The notes beneath the pieces were generated by a model. It searched no databases. It worked only from the letters and a program-made list of their open reading frames with translations, and was not told the origin of the DNA. Below, piece by piece: positions 20,721 to 30,475 of a stretch of DNA of 64,000 nucleotides (its first letter is position 1; every line of letters begins with the position of its first letter). Location: contig JBOEGD010000032.1 in assembly GCA_050633245.1 (NCBI GenBank), forward strand, positions 59,405 to 123,404, given 5' to 3'. Position numbers and translations under genes: made by a program. Source of the stretch: Calditrichia bacterium (lineage in GTDB: Bacteria > Calditrichota > Calditrichia > RBG-13-44-9 > J075).

Positions 20721-21596
20721 ATGAGGAAATTAAGAAGGCTTTTTTTGCTAACGCTATTCATTTTGCTTAGTGGTTGTATGTCGGATTTACGAAATGATTA
20801 TTTAAAATCTGAAGGCATACTGCCAGGCGATGAAGATAAAGGGCGAGCGCTTCTGGCAGCAGCCGCTCTAACACACGGTCTGGATGTCTGGGTAATGAAA
20901 AAAACGCTTACTGTGGTGATGCGGGATGAATGGCAGGGATTGATGACAAAGATTGCCGGACGCCCTTGGAATAAAGAAGATTTGCTTAGAATGACTTTTC
21001 GTAACGGTACTTTTACCAGCCAGGCTACGTTTCTTGAAGGTGATCGAAAGAACAAGACAATCGGTATTCAAAGTTGGAAAACCTATGAACGTGAGAACGA
21101 TCAGCAGGAGTATGTCTTTAAAGATGATGACAATACGTTGTTCATACTGCCGGCTTTTCAATATTTTTTTGAGATGCCCTTTCGTTTGCATACAGCTGAG
21201 CTCGTCGCTTGGATGGGAGAAGGTATATTAAGCGGGCAGGTTTGTGATAAGGTCTTTATCACCTGGAATACAGCAGAACCCCATGTAGAAAACGACCAGT
21301 ATATTGTTTGGATTAACCGTGAAACAGAACGAATTGAGTTGGTTCAATATACCGTCCGTGACATTTTTCGTTTTGTTACCGGAGAAATGCGATTTCAGGA
21401 CTATCGCGAACTTGAAGGTGTTTTGTATCCGTATCTCATGACAGTGAGTAACCTGGATTCAGAATATAAAGTCGGCGATGGCTATCTGCATCAGATTCGT
21501 GTCGAGTCGATGGAATTCGACGTGGTGTTGTCGGAAGAGCTAACGGTTAATGCTGATATTGAAGAACTTGGAGATAATAAGCCCGGCAAGGAATGA
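20721..21596 (+). CDS. Putative lipoprotein, unknown function
   Basis: Lipobox LLSGC after a hydrophobic stretch; beta-rich mature region. Confidence 0.7.
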   Translation: MRKLRRLFLLTLFILLSGCMSDLRNDYLKSEGILPGDEDKGRALLAAAALTHGLDVWVMKKTLTVVMRDEWQGLMTKIAGRPWNKEDLLRMTFRNGTFTSQATFLEGDRKNKTIGIQSWKTYERENDQQEYVFKDDDNTLFILPAFQYFFEMPFRLHTAELVAWMGEGILSGQVCDKVFITWNTAEPHVENDQYIVWINRETERIELVQYTVRDIFRFVTGEMRFQDYRELEGVLYPYLMTVSNLDSEYKVGDGYLHQIRVESMEFDVVLSEELTVNADIEELGDNKPGKE

Positions 21597-21616
21597 CTTG
21601 GTTAACGGTGATCGGG

Positions 21617-21695
21617 AGATGCCAGATGTCAGATGCTAGATGTAAATTCACGTTTCACCTTTCACCTTTGACTTTTAGAACACAGAACACAGAAC
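21617..21695. repeat. Mixed heptamer tandem repeats (AGATGYN, TTTCACC, AGAACAC)
   Basis: agatgccagatgtcagatgctagatg; ttcacgtttcacctttcacc; agaacacagaacacagaac. Confidence 0.75.
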
Positions 21696-21717
21696 TTCTT
21701 AAACCAGAAACCCTCGA

Positions 21718-22464
21718 ATGAGACACATACAGGCCATCGGATTCGATCTGTTTGACACGCTGATAACGATGCGGCAGCCAGCCGTTGGTACGGCACTTTC
21801 GCGCTTATGCAGAGCATTGCACGATGAAGGGATAATCTTCGATGAAGATGCCTTTAATCCGATCTACGTGCGCATTGCCAAATCTCAGTTTGAAGCAGCC
21901 AGGCACACCGGTATTGAAACGCATAACAGCTTCTGGATTTGCGCTACGCTCGCAGAGCTTGGGCAGCCTATCTCACTAGAAGATGAGCGCCTCACGAAGG
22001 CTATTCGAATCTATTTTGCAAGCTTTGTTGAGTTTGCTTCCGTTATTCCCGGAACGGTCGAAATGTTAAAAGAATTGCGTAAACGCTATAAACTCGGTTT
22101 ACTCTCTAACTTTACAGATGGACAGGGTGCTCGCAATATTTTGACTGAACTTGGTCTGGCGAACTATTTTGAGGTTACACTTATTTCTGGTGAGCTTGGT
22201 TATCGTAAGCCTCACCAAAAGGTCTTCGATACGCTTGCAAGTGAACTTTCGACGGTACATGAGCAAATATTATTCGTGGGAGATAATGTTGATGATGATA
22301 TCGGCGGAGCGATGCGAAGTGGTATGACGCCGGTTTGGACGACCTACGCCCGTGATAATGGACGTAAGCGTACAAATAAAATTATGACTGAGCCGGTGCA
22401 TGAAGCAGAGGCCTCAGTGCACCGTATTTTAGATTGGTCTGAGCTGCTGTCACTGCTGGACTAG
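21718..22464 (+). CDS. HAD-superfamily hydrolase
   Basis: FDLFDTL, LSNF, RKP, VGDNVDDDIGGA. Confidence 0.9.
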   Translation: MRHIQAIGFDLFDTLITMRQPAVGTALSRLCRALHDEGIIFDEDAFNPIYVRIAKSQFEAARHTGIETHNSFWICATLAELGQPISLEDERLTKAIRIYFASFVEFASVIPGTVEMLKELRKRYKLGLLSNFTDGQGARNILTELGLANYFEVTLISGELGYRKPHQKVFDTLASELSTVHEQILFVGDNVDDDIGGAMRSGMTPVWTTYARDNGRKRTNKIMTEPVHEAEASVHRILDWSELLSLLD

Positions 22465-22470
22465 CAAACT

Positions 22471-25400
22471 TTACTTACCTACCGCAATTCGAATACCTTC
22501 CGAGTGTGATGTGAATTCCGGTGCATACATACACTGGATTGTTGTGATTCCATTAGAAAAATTGCCTTCATGCGTTACTCGCAGCGGATATTCAAAGACA
22601 TAGGTGCCTTTTGGCAGCCAGCCAAAGAAGAAGTTGGTTGAGGCATCTTTGGTGCTCTCGTAATAACCAAGTCCGCCCTGATATTTCGATTGTGAAATAA
22701 CATTAATCGGTTCCAAGCCGGCAGCACGCATGTCTTTCATATGAACGTATTCCATGGTGCGGTCAACACGCAGCTCAATGCGAACCTTTATTAAGTCACC
22801 TGGCTTCAGCGTTTGTTTGTCGAGCTTCTTCAATACCGGACCTGTTGCAGACGGCTGCTCCAAGAACAGTTCTTTCTTTAGCTTTAGTGGTGTTTCATGA
22901 GGTGTGATCTTGTCCAGATCTTCAAAATACTGCCAGTAGAGGCCTCCCCATGCCACACCTTCGGTCTGCTTGGTTACAGTCACATTACCCATGTCTTGTT
23001 TGATGTCGCTACCTGTCCACGCCGTTTTGAAGTATCCGGTTCCAGCTTCAGGTTTCGTATCATCTTTCGAGGAGATGTCGACTTTTTCCCCGCCAAGGGA
23101 TACCTCAACGATACGGTCATCTGCTAACCATTCACTTCCGCGAAGCAGCAAGGCATAGCAAGCTTCAACCGTGGCCTTTGTGGTTTTCCAATCCTGCGTT
23201 TGCTTTTGCTTCAATAACCAGATGCGCATGTCGTTGACTGCCTGACGATCGTTGGCGACTTCATCAAACAATTCGATTAACAAGGCCTGTGTTTCAATAG
23301 GAGCCTGATACCAAAAATAACCGCTTTTGCTGCGCCAATACATGCCCATTTCGTTGGAGTGCAGTGCGCGTTCTTTTAAAGACGCGATAATGTCCGCCGG
23401 TGTTTTCTTGTCATCCAAACGATGCAGAGCCAGCGCAATCATCCCTTCGCGATACACCTGACCGAGATCGACCCAATATTGCTGTGCCTGAGACTTCCAG
23501 TAGTCAAATGCTTTCTGATGCTGGCTTTGTACCGGGAACTGCATAAAGTAGCTGCGCGCATACAAATAGTGAATGATCAGCGAGCTTAGGTGATTGTCTT
23601 TCAGGTTCACCTTGTGTTCAAGTAAGCGCATATAGTCTTCATTCATTTCTTCATCGAGATACCGAATAGCGTTTTGCGCCATAGCTTTTGCTTCGGCAGC
23701 ACCGGTTGAGATTTCCAGGCGATCGAGATGACCAAACCCTGCGACGATGTGCTGAGTTAAATAGCGATTGGGTCGCATATCGGTAAACCAGGGCCATGCG
23801 CCGGAAGGTAGCTGCATTTGCTGTAGCTTGCGCTTTGCTGTTTCCAGCTGGCGACTCATATTATTCAGATCAAATAATAACCCAACGCGCTTCTTACGCT
23901 CACTTTCATCTTGTGCCTGAAGCACCCAGGGTGTTTCCTGCAGGAGTAAGCTTTTCAGCTCCTGGTTTTTCTCCAGATTAGAGGCTAAAGCATCTCCGCT
24001 TTGCTTCCAACTGTCAAAAACGCGCTTGATCTTCGGATTGGAGTTGGCAATATGTGCAGCAATGCTGTTCGCATAAAAGCGGCTAAATGTTTGTTCGGAA
24101 CACTCATAAGGATATTCCATTAGATACGGCAATGCCTGAATGGCATACCATGCCGGGTTGGAAGTGAATTCCAACGTCAGTCGCTTGTGTTTCAATGTTT
24201 TGGACTTATTGTTGACCAATTTCTCAAGTTTGAAGCTGGTCGTGCCTTTTCCGCGAACCGGTAGTGGCAAGGTTTCTGTCACCAGCATACGATTTGTCAG
24301 TACCGGCAGCGTGCTCTCTTCACCGTCGCTGAAGTTACCGGCTTTGGCGATTACGCGATAGGTAACCGCATCAATGTCGGCCGGAACTTTAATGTCCCAC
24401 ATCAGCGCATCACTTTGCCCGGCAGGTGCCGAAAAGGCAATACTCTTCTTTTTATTGCCAAAAAGATTATCTATCGGTTTCATGTTGAGTGCATCAAAAA
24501 GCTGTAGCTCGGCAGTGCCGCTAAGCGCCTTCTCGCTGAGATTACTGACTTTGGCAGAGAAGGTCATTTTATCGCCATCACGCATAAAGCGTGGCGCGTT
24601 TGGTAGAACCATCAACTCTTTTTGAGTGACGATTTCATTCTGCGTCATACCAAACTCAAGATTTTTGGTATGAGCCAATCCCATCAGCTTCCAGCGAGTA
24701 AGGGCTTCGGGGACGGTGAAGGAAAGAATAATTTCTCCCTCGGCATTTGTTTGCAGATGCGGAAAGAAAAAGGCTGTTTCGCTGAGGTTCTTGCGGACTT
24801 GTGGTTCGCCGGCGCCACTGGTATTGTCCGCTGGAGTCCCTTCTTCGTTGCGTTCTTTTGATTCACCTGCCGGCGCTGGTTTTGCTTGTGCAAGAACCTG
24901 AACGGCATCTGCATTGGCAAATTCAGCCTCTTCGGCAGGCGCAGCACCTTCCATCATCATTGTCGGTGCCGGAGCATCGGCTTGAATGCCACCCATTGAC
25001 CGTTTACTCATTAATCTTGCCCGACTACCAAACATCATATTGCTGCCGGGATAAAAATCCAGCTGGTCATAGGTGCGATGATGCAGGCCACCATAGTAAT
25101 TCCAGTTGCGCCCATTCGCCGAATAGTTACGACTGGTGAAGTTACTACCAGAGTTAATTTGTCTGAGATAATAGGGGAACGAATATCCGCCATAGATTGA
25201 GAAATTCCAGCTGTGTGGTGCGAAGGCGTCCAGAGAAGCATCGTACATGCCGGCCAGCATTTCTGCCGCTAGTTTTTCACCTTTGTGACCGCGAATTTTC
25301 AGGCGCCATTCTTCTTCCTGACCCGGCTTTAACTTGTCGCGGAACGTTTCATAGCTGATGGAAAGTTCTTTATTACTCCACGGTACCTGAACCATATTGC

Positions 25401-28400
25401 TGATTTGAGTGAGGCGACCGTAACGAATCCAGGTAATGGAAAATCCGAATCCACCGCGATCTTCTTCGGCAATCGGCATGCTGAGTGTGCGTTTGCCAGT
25501 AGCTCTCTCCCAGCGCGATTCGTGAATTCCTTCTTTTTTGTATACCTCAACCAGCGCATGCAGATCTTTTGCAGCGGAGCCCCAGGCATAGGTTGCCTTT
25601 CCACCCGGCTCACCGACCAGTTTTTCGGCAGCCTGCCAGTTGAACTGTTTGCCGGGGATATCTTTCTCTCGCAGGTCGTACATCGTAAAGTATTTCTTAA
25701 TATTTATATCTTCACCAAAGGCATCCTTGGTGTTCAACTCGACAACATAATTTCCTTCCGGCCATGAAGAGAGTTTTTCCAGTCGTAGCTTCTTGTATCT
25801 GTCGGTGTTGAACTGTTGACTGAGATAGCGTTTTCCCGGCTCCCAGGAACGAAAATCGTCTTCGCGATCGTACACATCATTCGGAAAGTCTTTTACATAT
25901 GCAGTTTTGTCCATCATAAAACGATCCGGTCGTTGCCACAGGCGTGGACGCAGCACGCGACCGTGATCATCCAAACGATGAATAGTGATGTCGCCGGAAG
26001 CTGCTTCAAACTCACCGTTCAGATTATTCGTCGTAATAGCCCATTCCGGTAACGAGTTTCGATTCAATACGCCTGGCACGTTAAGCTGCACATCCAGGGC
26101 TACATAGCCGACGCGTACGGTTGCCGTTGCGCTGCGTGTTTCTCCACTAATATCTGTGATGTCGGCATAAACCGTATAATTAAAGATCGGCTTGTCTTTC
26201 TTTTCCAGAGTAGGATCGGCCAATGCAGTGAAGTCTATTTCAAAGGCTCCGTTGGCATCTGTTTTTGAAATGCCATTTAGGATTTCAACTGCCGGTGAAC
26301 TCGGAGCTGGTTTCCACCAATAGCCATAGTAAGGAAATGATGCAGCTCTTACCACGCGATACGCAACGCTGGCATTATCGATATTGGACCCCGCATAGGC
26401 CGTGGCCTTACCGCTGACCTTTACCTTGTCGTCCAGTCGGAAGCTGCCTTCAATAGGATTAAATGTAACTTCAAAGCGCGGGCGCTTGTACTCTTCCATC
26501 GAAAACCAGCTCGAACCGTTTTCATTGTGCAAGCTCATTTGCCCATTCAAGCTGCCATTTGGCAATACAAATGAGCCGGAAACCGTGCCGTATTCATTGC
26601 TGGTTAGCTTTAGATCACTGACCTTTTGCTGATTCACATCATAGAGCGTGACGGTTGTGCTGCGCTTTTTGGCAATAAACGGTTTGGCATCGTAAAAGTC
26701 GAGTAAGATACCCTTGAAGAAAACAGTTTGGCCGGGACGATAGATACTACGATCAGTAAAGAAGTGAGTTGTTGTATGCTTCCGGTTACCGCGATTTCGA
26801 TAGCGCTGGGCATTGTTGTAAAAATCATCCAGAAAAAGGCGATCGCTGCTTGTCTTCAAGTCGACACGAAAACGATCGGCTCGTGAGCCGCTTTTAACCA
26901 AAAACTCACCGTTACGATCCGTTTTCTTTGTGGCGTGCTTGACCATCTCATTGCGGCGTTTGGACTGATTGTACTTTTGCTTCCAAAGCGTTGCGGTTAC
27001 GCCGGAAAGCGGCTGACCGCTGTGGCGATCTACCACAACAAAACGATGTTTTTTCTTGTCCCCGGATTTTTGGAACATGCCGAGGCGAGAAACCCAGGTC
27101 GGGGCCGTTGCGACGGCTTGTTTGTCGGTAGAAAATTCAGGGGTTGTGCCCATTAGAAAAACATAGTTTCCACCTGCTAAGGCGGGCATTTTAATTTCTA
27201 CTGAATGAGTGTGATAGTCACCGTCATCTGGTAGATCTACCGACCAGGTTGCGACTACTTCTTTGGATAGATACCATTTAATCCAGGCATCCTGATTCAT
27301 GCGGTCGCCGCTATTGCGTTTTTGCTCCAGCTCTTCAGGAGAAATGATGATTGCTTTAAGATATACTTTGGGAACGTTCTGATAACTCACTAATCCACGA
27401 AACGGCATGTCCGGCAAATTGACCTGCTCTAAATTGAGTGAAAGCTGCTTGGCCTTTATCTGATCTTGCATAACGCGACAGTTATGAGCGCCCGATGACT
27501 CCGGGAAGCGGGTGATGGCCTTTTGCAATATTTCATAAGCCGTCTTGCGATCCCATTTGTGGGCTTCACTTTCATGGCGGTACTCTGAGCTTTGGCTGAA
27601 GTAATACTGTGCAATTTCATAGGACACGTCGGTAGATATCGGACTGTCGGCATGCGCCTTTTCCAGATTTTGCAGCGCTTTCAGGTAGAGCTCGTCTTTG
27701 TTGGGCATAACACCATGTTGATTGATAAACTTCAGGCGCTTCAGATCGATATCAACCAGTGCTTCCGGACTCTCATCTCTCAGGTGAAAGCGTACAGTGT
27801 TCTGCAATAACTTCAGGGCATAATAGTGTAAGGCATTCTCTTCCGGGGACTCGACTTTTGCCGCAGCAAAATTACGCGCTGAACCGAACAGCGTTTCATC
27901 GCTTAGATGAAACTGTTCGGCCGGTCGGGTAAGACCCGATTCAGAATTCATATAAAAATCGATTGCCCGGTGTGCCAGAAAATCGAAAAGAGTTGGGCGG
28001 AAGGTGCGTGACTCTTTTTGCTTAATAATGACGTCGTCAAATACTTCAACATACAGTCGCTTCAGCTCATCCGACTTTTCCATTGAGGTTTCGTAGAGCT
28101 CAATGGTTCGCTCCACCAACTGCTTCGCGTCCCAGGTGCGGATGTCATTGACATTCGGCTCCTCGACCGTGGTGCGTTCAAGTATATTCCAGCGATTATT
28201 TTGATAATACTGCCAGTAGGATTGTGCCAGCATTGAAGTTAGCACATTCTTTTCCGGAAACACGCTGGCAGCCAGCTCCTTTTCCAGTAGATAAATGCCA
28301 CCGGCCTGCGGATCTTCCTGATAACTGTCGTCCATACGCAGACGGTAAATAAGTGCTTTTACGACCTGCCCGGAGTTCTTGTCTTTTTTGGCCTTGGCAT

Positions 28401-28590
28401 AAATATCGTTGATAACCTTAAGTGCAGATTGGGGAAGATTCTTGCTGATGTGCTGCTCAACTTCCTTCCATTCCTTTTCATAGCCCGGGCCTTTTTTAAC
28501 CTCTTTCATTTCATCATCCTGCCAATTGTTAGAGTAAAGTACACCTGCAAAAACTGTAAGTAAGAGTGCCGTAATAAGAATGCGTTTCAT
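22471..28590 (-). CDS. Bacterial alpha-2-macroglobulin family protein
   Basis: Signal peptide, FTDRSIYRPGQ, EEYKRP, VRKNLSETAFF, thioester YPYECSEQ, C-terminal MYAPE. Confidence 0.93.
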   Translation of the reverse strand: MKRILITALLLTVFAGVLYSNNWQDDEMKEVKKGPGYEKEWKEVEQHISKNLPQSALKVINDIYAKAKKDKNSGQVVKALIYRLRMDDSYQEDPQAGGIYLLEKELAASVFPEKNVLTSMLAQSYWQYYQNNRWNILERTTVEEPNVNDIRTWDAKQLVERTIELYETSMEKSDELKRLYVEVFDDVIIKQKESRTFRPTLFDFLAHRAIDFYMNSESGLTRPAEQFHLSDETLFGSARNFAAAKVESPEENALHYYALKLLQNTVRFHLRDESPEALVDIDLKRLKFINQHGVMPNKDELYLKALQNLEKAHADSPISTDVSYEIAQYYFSQSSEYRHESEAHKWDRKTAYEILQKAITRFPESSGAHNCRVMQDQIKAKQLSLNLEQVNLPDMPFRGLVSYQNVPKVYLKAIIISPEELEQKRNSGDRMNQDAWIKWYLSKEVVATWSVDLPDDGDYHTHSVEIKMPALAGGNYVFLMGTTPEFSTDKQAVATAPTWVSRLGMFQKSGDKKKHRFVVVDRHSGQPLSGVTATLWKQKYNQSKRRNEMVKHATKKTDRNGEFLVKSGSRADRFRVDLKTSSDRLFLDDFYNNAQRYRNRGNRKHTTTHFFTDRSIYRPGQTVFFKGILLDFYDAKPFIAKKRSTTVTLYDVNQQKVSDLKLTSNEYGTVSGSFVLPNGSLNGQMSLHNENGSSWFSMEEYKRPRFEVTFNPIEGSFRLDDKVKVSGKATAYAGSNIDNASVAYRVVRAASFPYYGYWWKPAPSSPAVEILNGISKTDANGAFEIDFTALADPTLEKKDKPIFNYTVYADITDISGETRSATATVRVGYVALDVQLNVPGVLNRNSLPEWAITTNNLNGEFEAASGDITIHRLDDHGRVLRPRLWQRPDRFMMDKTAYVKDFPNDVYDREDDFRSWEPGKRYLSQQFNTDRYKKLRLEKLSSWPEGNYVVELNTKDAFGEDINIKKYFTMYDLREKDIPGKQFNWQAAEKLVGEPGGKATYAWGSAAKDLHALVEVYKKEGIHESRWERATGKRTLSMPIAEEDRGGFGFSITWIRYGRLTQISNMVQVPWSNKELSISYETFRDKLKPGQEEEWRLKIRGHKGEKLAAEMLAGMYDASLDAFAPHSWNFSIYGGYSFPYYLRQINSGSNFTSRNYSANGRNWNYYGGLHHRTYDQLDFYPGSNMMFGSRARLMSKRSMGGIQADAPAPTMMMEGAAPAEEAEFANADAVQVLAQAKPAPAGESKERNEEGTPADNTSGAGEPQVRKNLSETAFFFPHLQTNAEGEIILSFTVPEALTRWKLMGLAHTKNLEFGMTQNEIVTQKELMVLPNAPRFMRDGDKMTFSAKVSNLSEKALSGTAELQLFDALNMKPIDNLFGNKKKSIAFSAPAGQSDALMWDIKVPADIDAVTYRVIAKAGNFSDGEESTLPVLTNRMLVTETLPLPVRGKGTTSFKLEKLVNNKSKTLKHKRLTLEFTSNPAWYAIQALPYLMEYPYECSEQTFSRFYANSIAAHIANSNPKIKRVFDSWKQSGDALASNLEKNQELKSLLLQETPWVLQAQDESERKKRVGLLFDLNNMSRQLETAKRKLQQMQLPSGAWPWFTDMRPNRYLTQHIVAGFGHLDRLEISTGAAEAKAMAQNAIRYLDEEMNEDYMRLLEHKVNLKDNHLSSLIIHYLYARSYFMQFPVQSQHQKAFDYWKSQAQQYWVDLGQVYREGMIALALHRLDDKKTPADIIASLKERALHSNEMGMYWRSKSGYFWYQAPIETQALLIELFDEVANDRQAVNDMRIWLLKQKQTQDWKTTKATVEACYALLLRGSEWLADDRIVEVSLGGEKVDISSKDDTKPEAGTGYFKTAWTGSDIKQDMGNVTVTKQTEGVAWGGLYWQYFEDLDKITPHETPLKLKKELFLEQPSATGPVLKKLDKQTLKPGDLIKVRIELRVDRTMEYVHMKDMRAAGLEPINVISQSKYQGGLGYYESTKDASTNFFFGWLPKGTYVFEYPLRVTHEGNFSNGITTIQCMYAPEFTSHSEGIRIAVGK

Positions 28591-28788
28591 AGGAGTTCAA
28601 CCTTTGTTGTATCAATATGCTATATAGATTGAGAGCTTTTTTTTCGTTGGAGGTCACAACTAATTTGCAATATGACGTCTTTCATACGCCGATTGCAATT
28701 TTATTGTATCTTTTCTCCAAAATAACTGCTAAACATCTGATTTCAACTATTGATGTCATTTGATGCGAAAAGGTAAATGGGAGGGGTG

Positions 28789-28827
28789 AAAAAAAATGGC
28801 GCAGGCGAAAAAGATCACCTGCGCCAA
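28789..28827 (-). terminator. Rho-independent terminator
   Basis: A-run followed by tggcgcagg...cctgcgcca stem, downstream of the 28891-29427 gene. Confidence 0.65.
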
Positions 28828-28890
28828 ACTGAATGTAAAAATGTCCCGCAAAGAATATAGTCGATTCATGCCTAAAGGCTGTGCGAGCCG

Positions 28891-29427
28891 TCACTTACGT
28901 CTATTTATTGCATAGCCGAATACGAATGAAAACCGATTTCCTGATGGGCTGGTCGCAAGCACCAGATTTATTGGCAGGTGCACACCATTGTAGTTAAATG
29001 TTTTTCCAAGGGCCAGTAGTAGCGCAGTATGAACAGTATCTTTACCTGCAGAAACCGTTGGACCCATTCCAAACTCAATACCATTTGGCAGTCGTACGCC
29101 CATTGCAAGAGATGCATTAGGAATAAATTTGCCATATTCGACCCCTGCTATCATTGGGATGAACTCGATGACAAATGATGGTGCGGCTCCGGCAGGCTTA
29201 ATTTGGTATTCAAGATGCCAGCCAAACTGACTTAGAATTGGCCCCAGGTTGTTCTCCTCCAACTCATCTAATAAACTTCCTCCTCCTACATAAGTAACTC
29301 CCAATCGTGGACCGCTTAAGTTGTACTCGTTGAAGCTAATGGTGTCGGACCGCTTGAGCGGCTGTGCGAGTCCCAGACTTGCACATACGCAAACGAGAAT
29401 AAGGGAAACGATAGAATGCTTTAACAT
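28891..29427 (-). CDS. Secreted hypothetical protein, possibly a small outer-membrane beta-barrel
   Basis: Signal peptide; amphipathic beta-strand pattern; aromatic-rich C-terminus FSFVFGY. Confidence 0.7.
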   Translation of the reverse strand: MLKHSIVSLILVCVCASLGLAQPLKRSDTISFNEYNLSGPRLGVTYVGGGSLLDELEENNLGPILSQFGWHLEYQIKPAGAAPSFVIEFIPMIAGVEYGKFIPNASLAMGVRLPNGIEFGMGPTVSAGKDTVHTALLLALGKTFNYNGVHLPINLVLATSPSGNRFSFVFGYAINRRK

Positions 29428-29468
29428 AACAGGCTCCTTCTGGTTTTAAACGCCTTTGCTATGGATAA

Positions 29469-29485
29469 GTCAAAGGTCGTGCCAA
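29469..29485 (-). promoter_or_regulatory. Putative sigma54 (-24/-12) promoter
   Basis: Minus strand TTGGCACGACCTTTGAC matches TGGCACG-N4-TTG(C) with C to A at -12, about 40 nt upstream of the 29427 start. Confidence 0.5.
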
Positions 29486-29649
29486 AATTCACTTCTCTGG
29501 TTAAGGTTAGTGTAAACAACGGTTTGGGTGGAGTCGAGGCGTCGCGTTGACCATCTCTTTCGATATAATTTATTAGACATCTGTCTGGTTGTGTGAATCA
29601 GAAGAAAGCGGTAGTTTGTTGAGGAAGTGAGGAAAGAATGTGAGAAACG

Positions 29650-29690
29650 GGCAGTAAGGCAGTAAGGCAGTAACGCAGTAAGGCAGTAAG
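29650..29690. repeat. GGCAGTAA octamer x5
   Basis: ggcagtaaggcagtaaggcagtaacgcagtaaggcagtaag. Confidence 0.9.
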
Positions 29691-29736
29691 AAAAGAAAAA
29701 TGATACGTCGTGGGTAATTGAAAGTGAGAGTTTACG

Positions 29737-29964
29737 ATGAATAATAAACTATCAGATTCCGGTAAGCAAAAAACGCCTGAGAAGATTAATTGGCCAGCGC
29801 GAATTTGGCGAACTCTTATCAGGCTGATCCCCTTTCTTCTGCTGCTTTATTATTTTACTTATACGCCGACGGATCAAAAGAGCGAAGGGAAATTGACTCC
29901 TGTGGATTCTGTGCAAGTGGATTCTTTGTCGATTGAGAAGGGCAGTGAGGCAGTGAGGCAGTAA
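29737..29964 (+). CDS. Small single-TM hypothetical protein
   Basis: 75-aa ORF with one hydrophobic helix (LIRLIPFLLLLYYFT); 3' end runs into a GGCAGTGA repeat. Confidence 0.5.
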   Translation: MNNKLSDSGKQKTPEKINWPARIWRTLIRLIPFLLLLYYFTYTPTDQKSEGKLTPVDSVQVDSLSIEKGSEAVRQ

Positions 29965-29982
29965 GATCACTAGTGGGAAGTG

Positions 29983-30045
29983 AAAGTGAGAAACAAAAGT
30001 GAGAAACAAAAGTGAGAAACAAAAGTGAGAAACAAAGGTGAGAAA
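29983..30045. repeat. AAAGTGAGAAACA 13-mer x~5
   Basis: Four exact copies plus one variant. Confidence 0.9.
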
Positions 30046-30108
30046 TGGTCAGATAGGTATTCGACTTTCCCCCGGTTTTCCAGTCGGTTTTTCAGTGTTC
30101 TGAGTTCG

Positions 30109-30143
30109 AATAAGGCAATAAGGCAATAAGGCAATAAGGCAAT
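30109..30143. repeat. AATAAGGC octamer x4
   Basis: aataaggcaataaggcaataaggcaataaggcaat. Confidence 0.9.
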
Positions 30144-30211
30144 TTCTCACCGTTTCTGCCTCATTCTATTCTGCTCTCTGACTTTGAGGGCTCTGCCAGC
30201 TTTTTCTCTAA

Positions 30212-30337
30212 TCTGAGTTCTGAGTTCTGAGTTCTGAGTTCTGAGTTCTGTGTTCTGTGTTCTGAGTTCTGTGTTCTGTGTTCTGAGTTCTGTGTTCTGT
30301 GTTCTGAGTTCTGAGTTCTGAGTTCTGAGTTCTGAGT
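30212..30337. repeat. TCTGWGT heptamer array x18
   Basis: 126 bp of tctgagt/tctgtgt units (reverse complement of the AGAACAC/AGAACTC family). Confidence 0.95.
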
Positions 30338-30475
30338 ATCGCACTGTGAATATCTTATAGGATAAGCTGCATTTTGTGCTTAAATTATCAAGTCGGGTGT
30401 TCCTTTCTAAAATGTATGGCTGTCTCAGCCTGGCGCCGATTGCGCCGCTATTTAATCAATGACGGGAGAATCATA

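Noticed and set aside
30147-30344. ORF encoding (ELRTQNS/T)n
   Set aside because: Artefact of translating the heptamer array; no sign of a real gene
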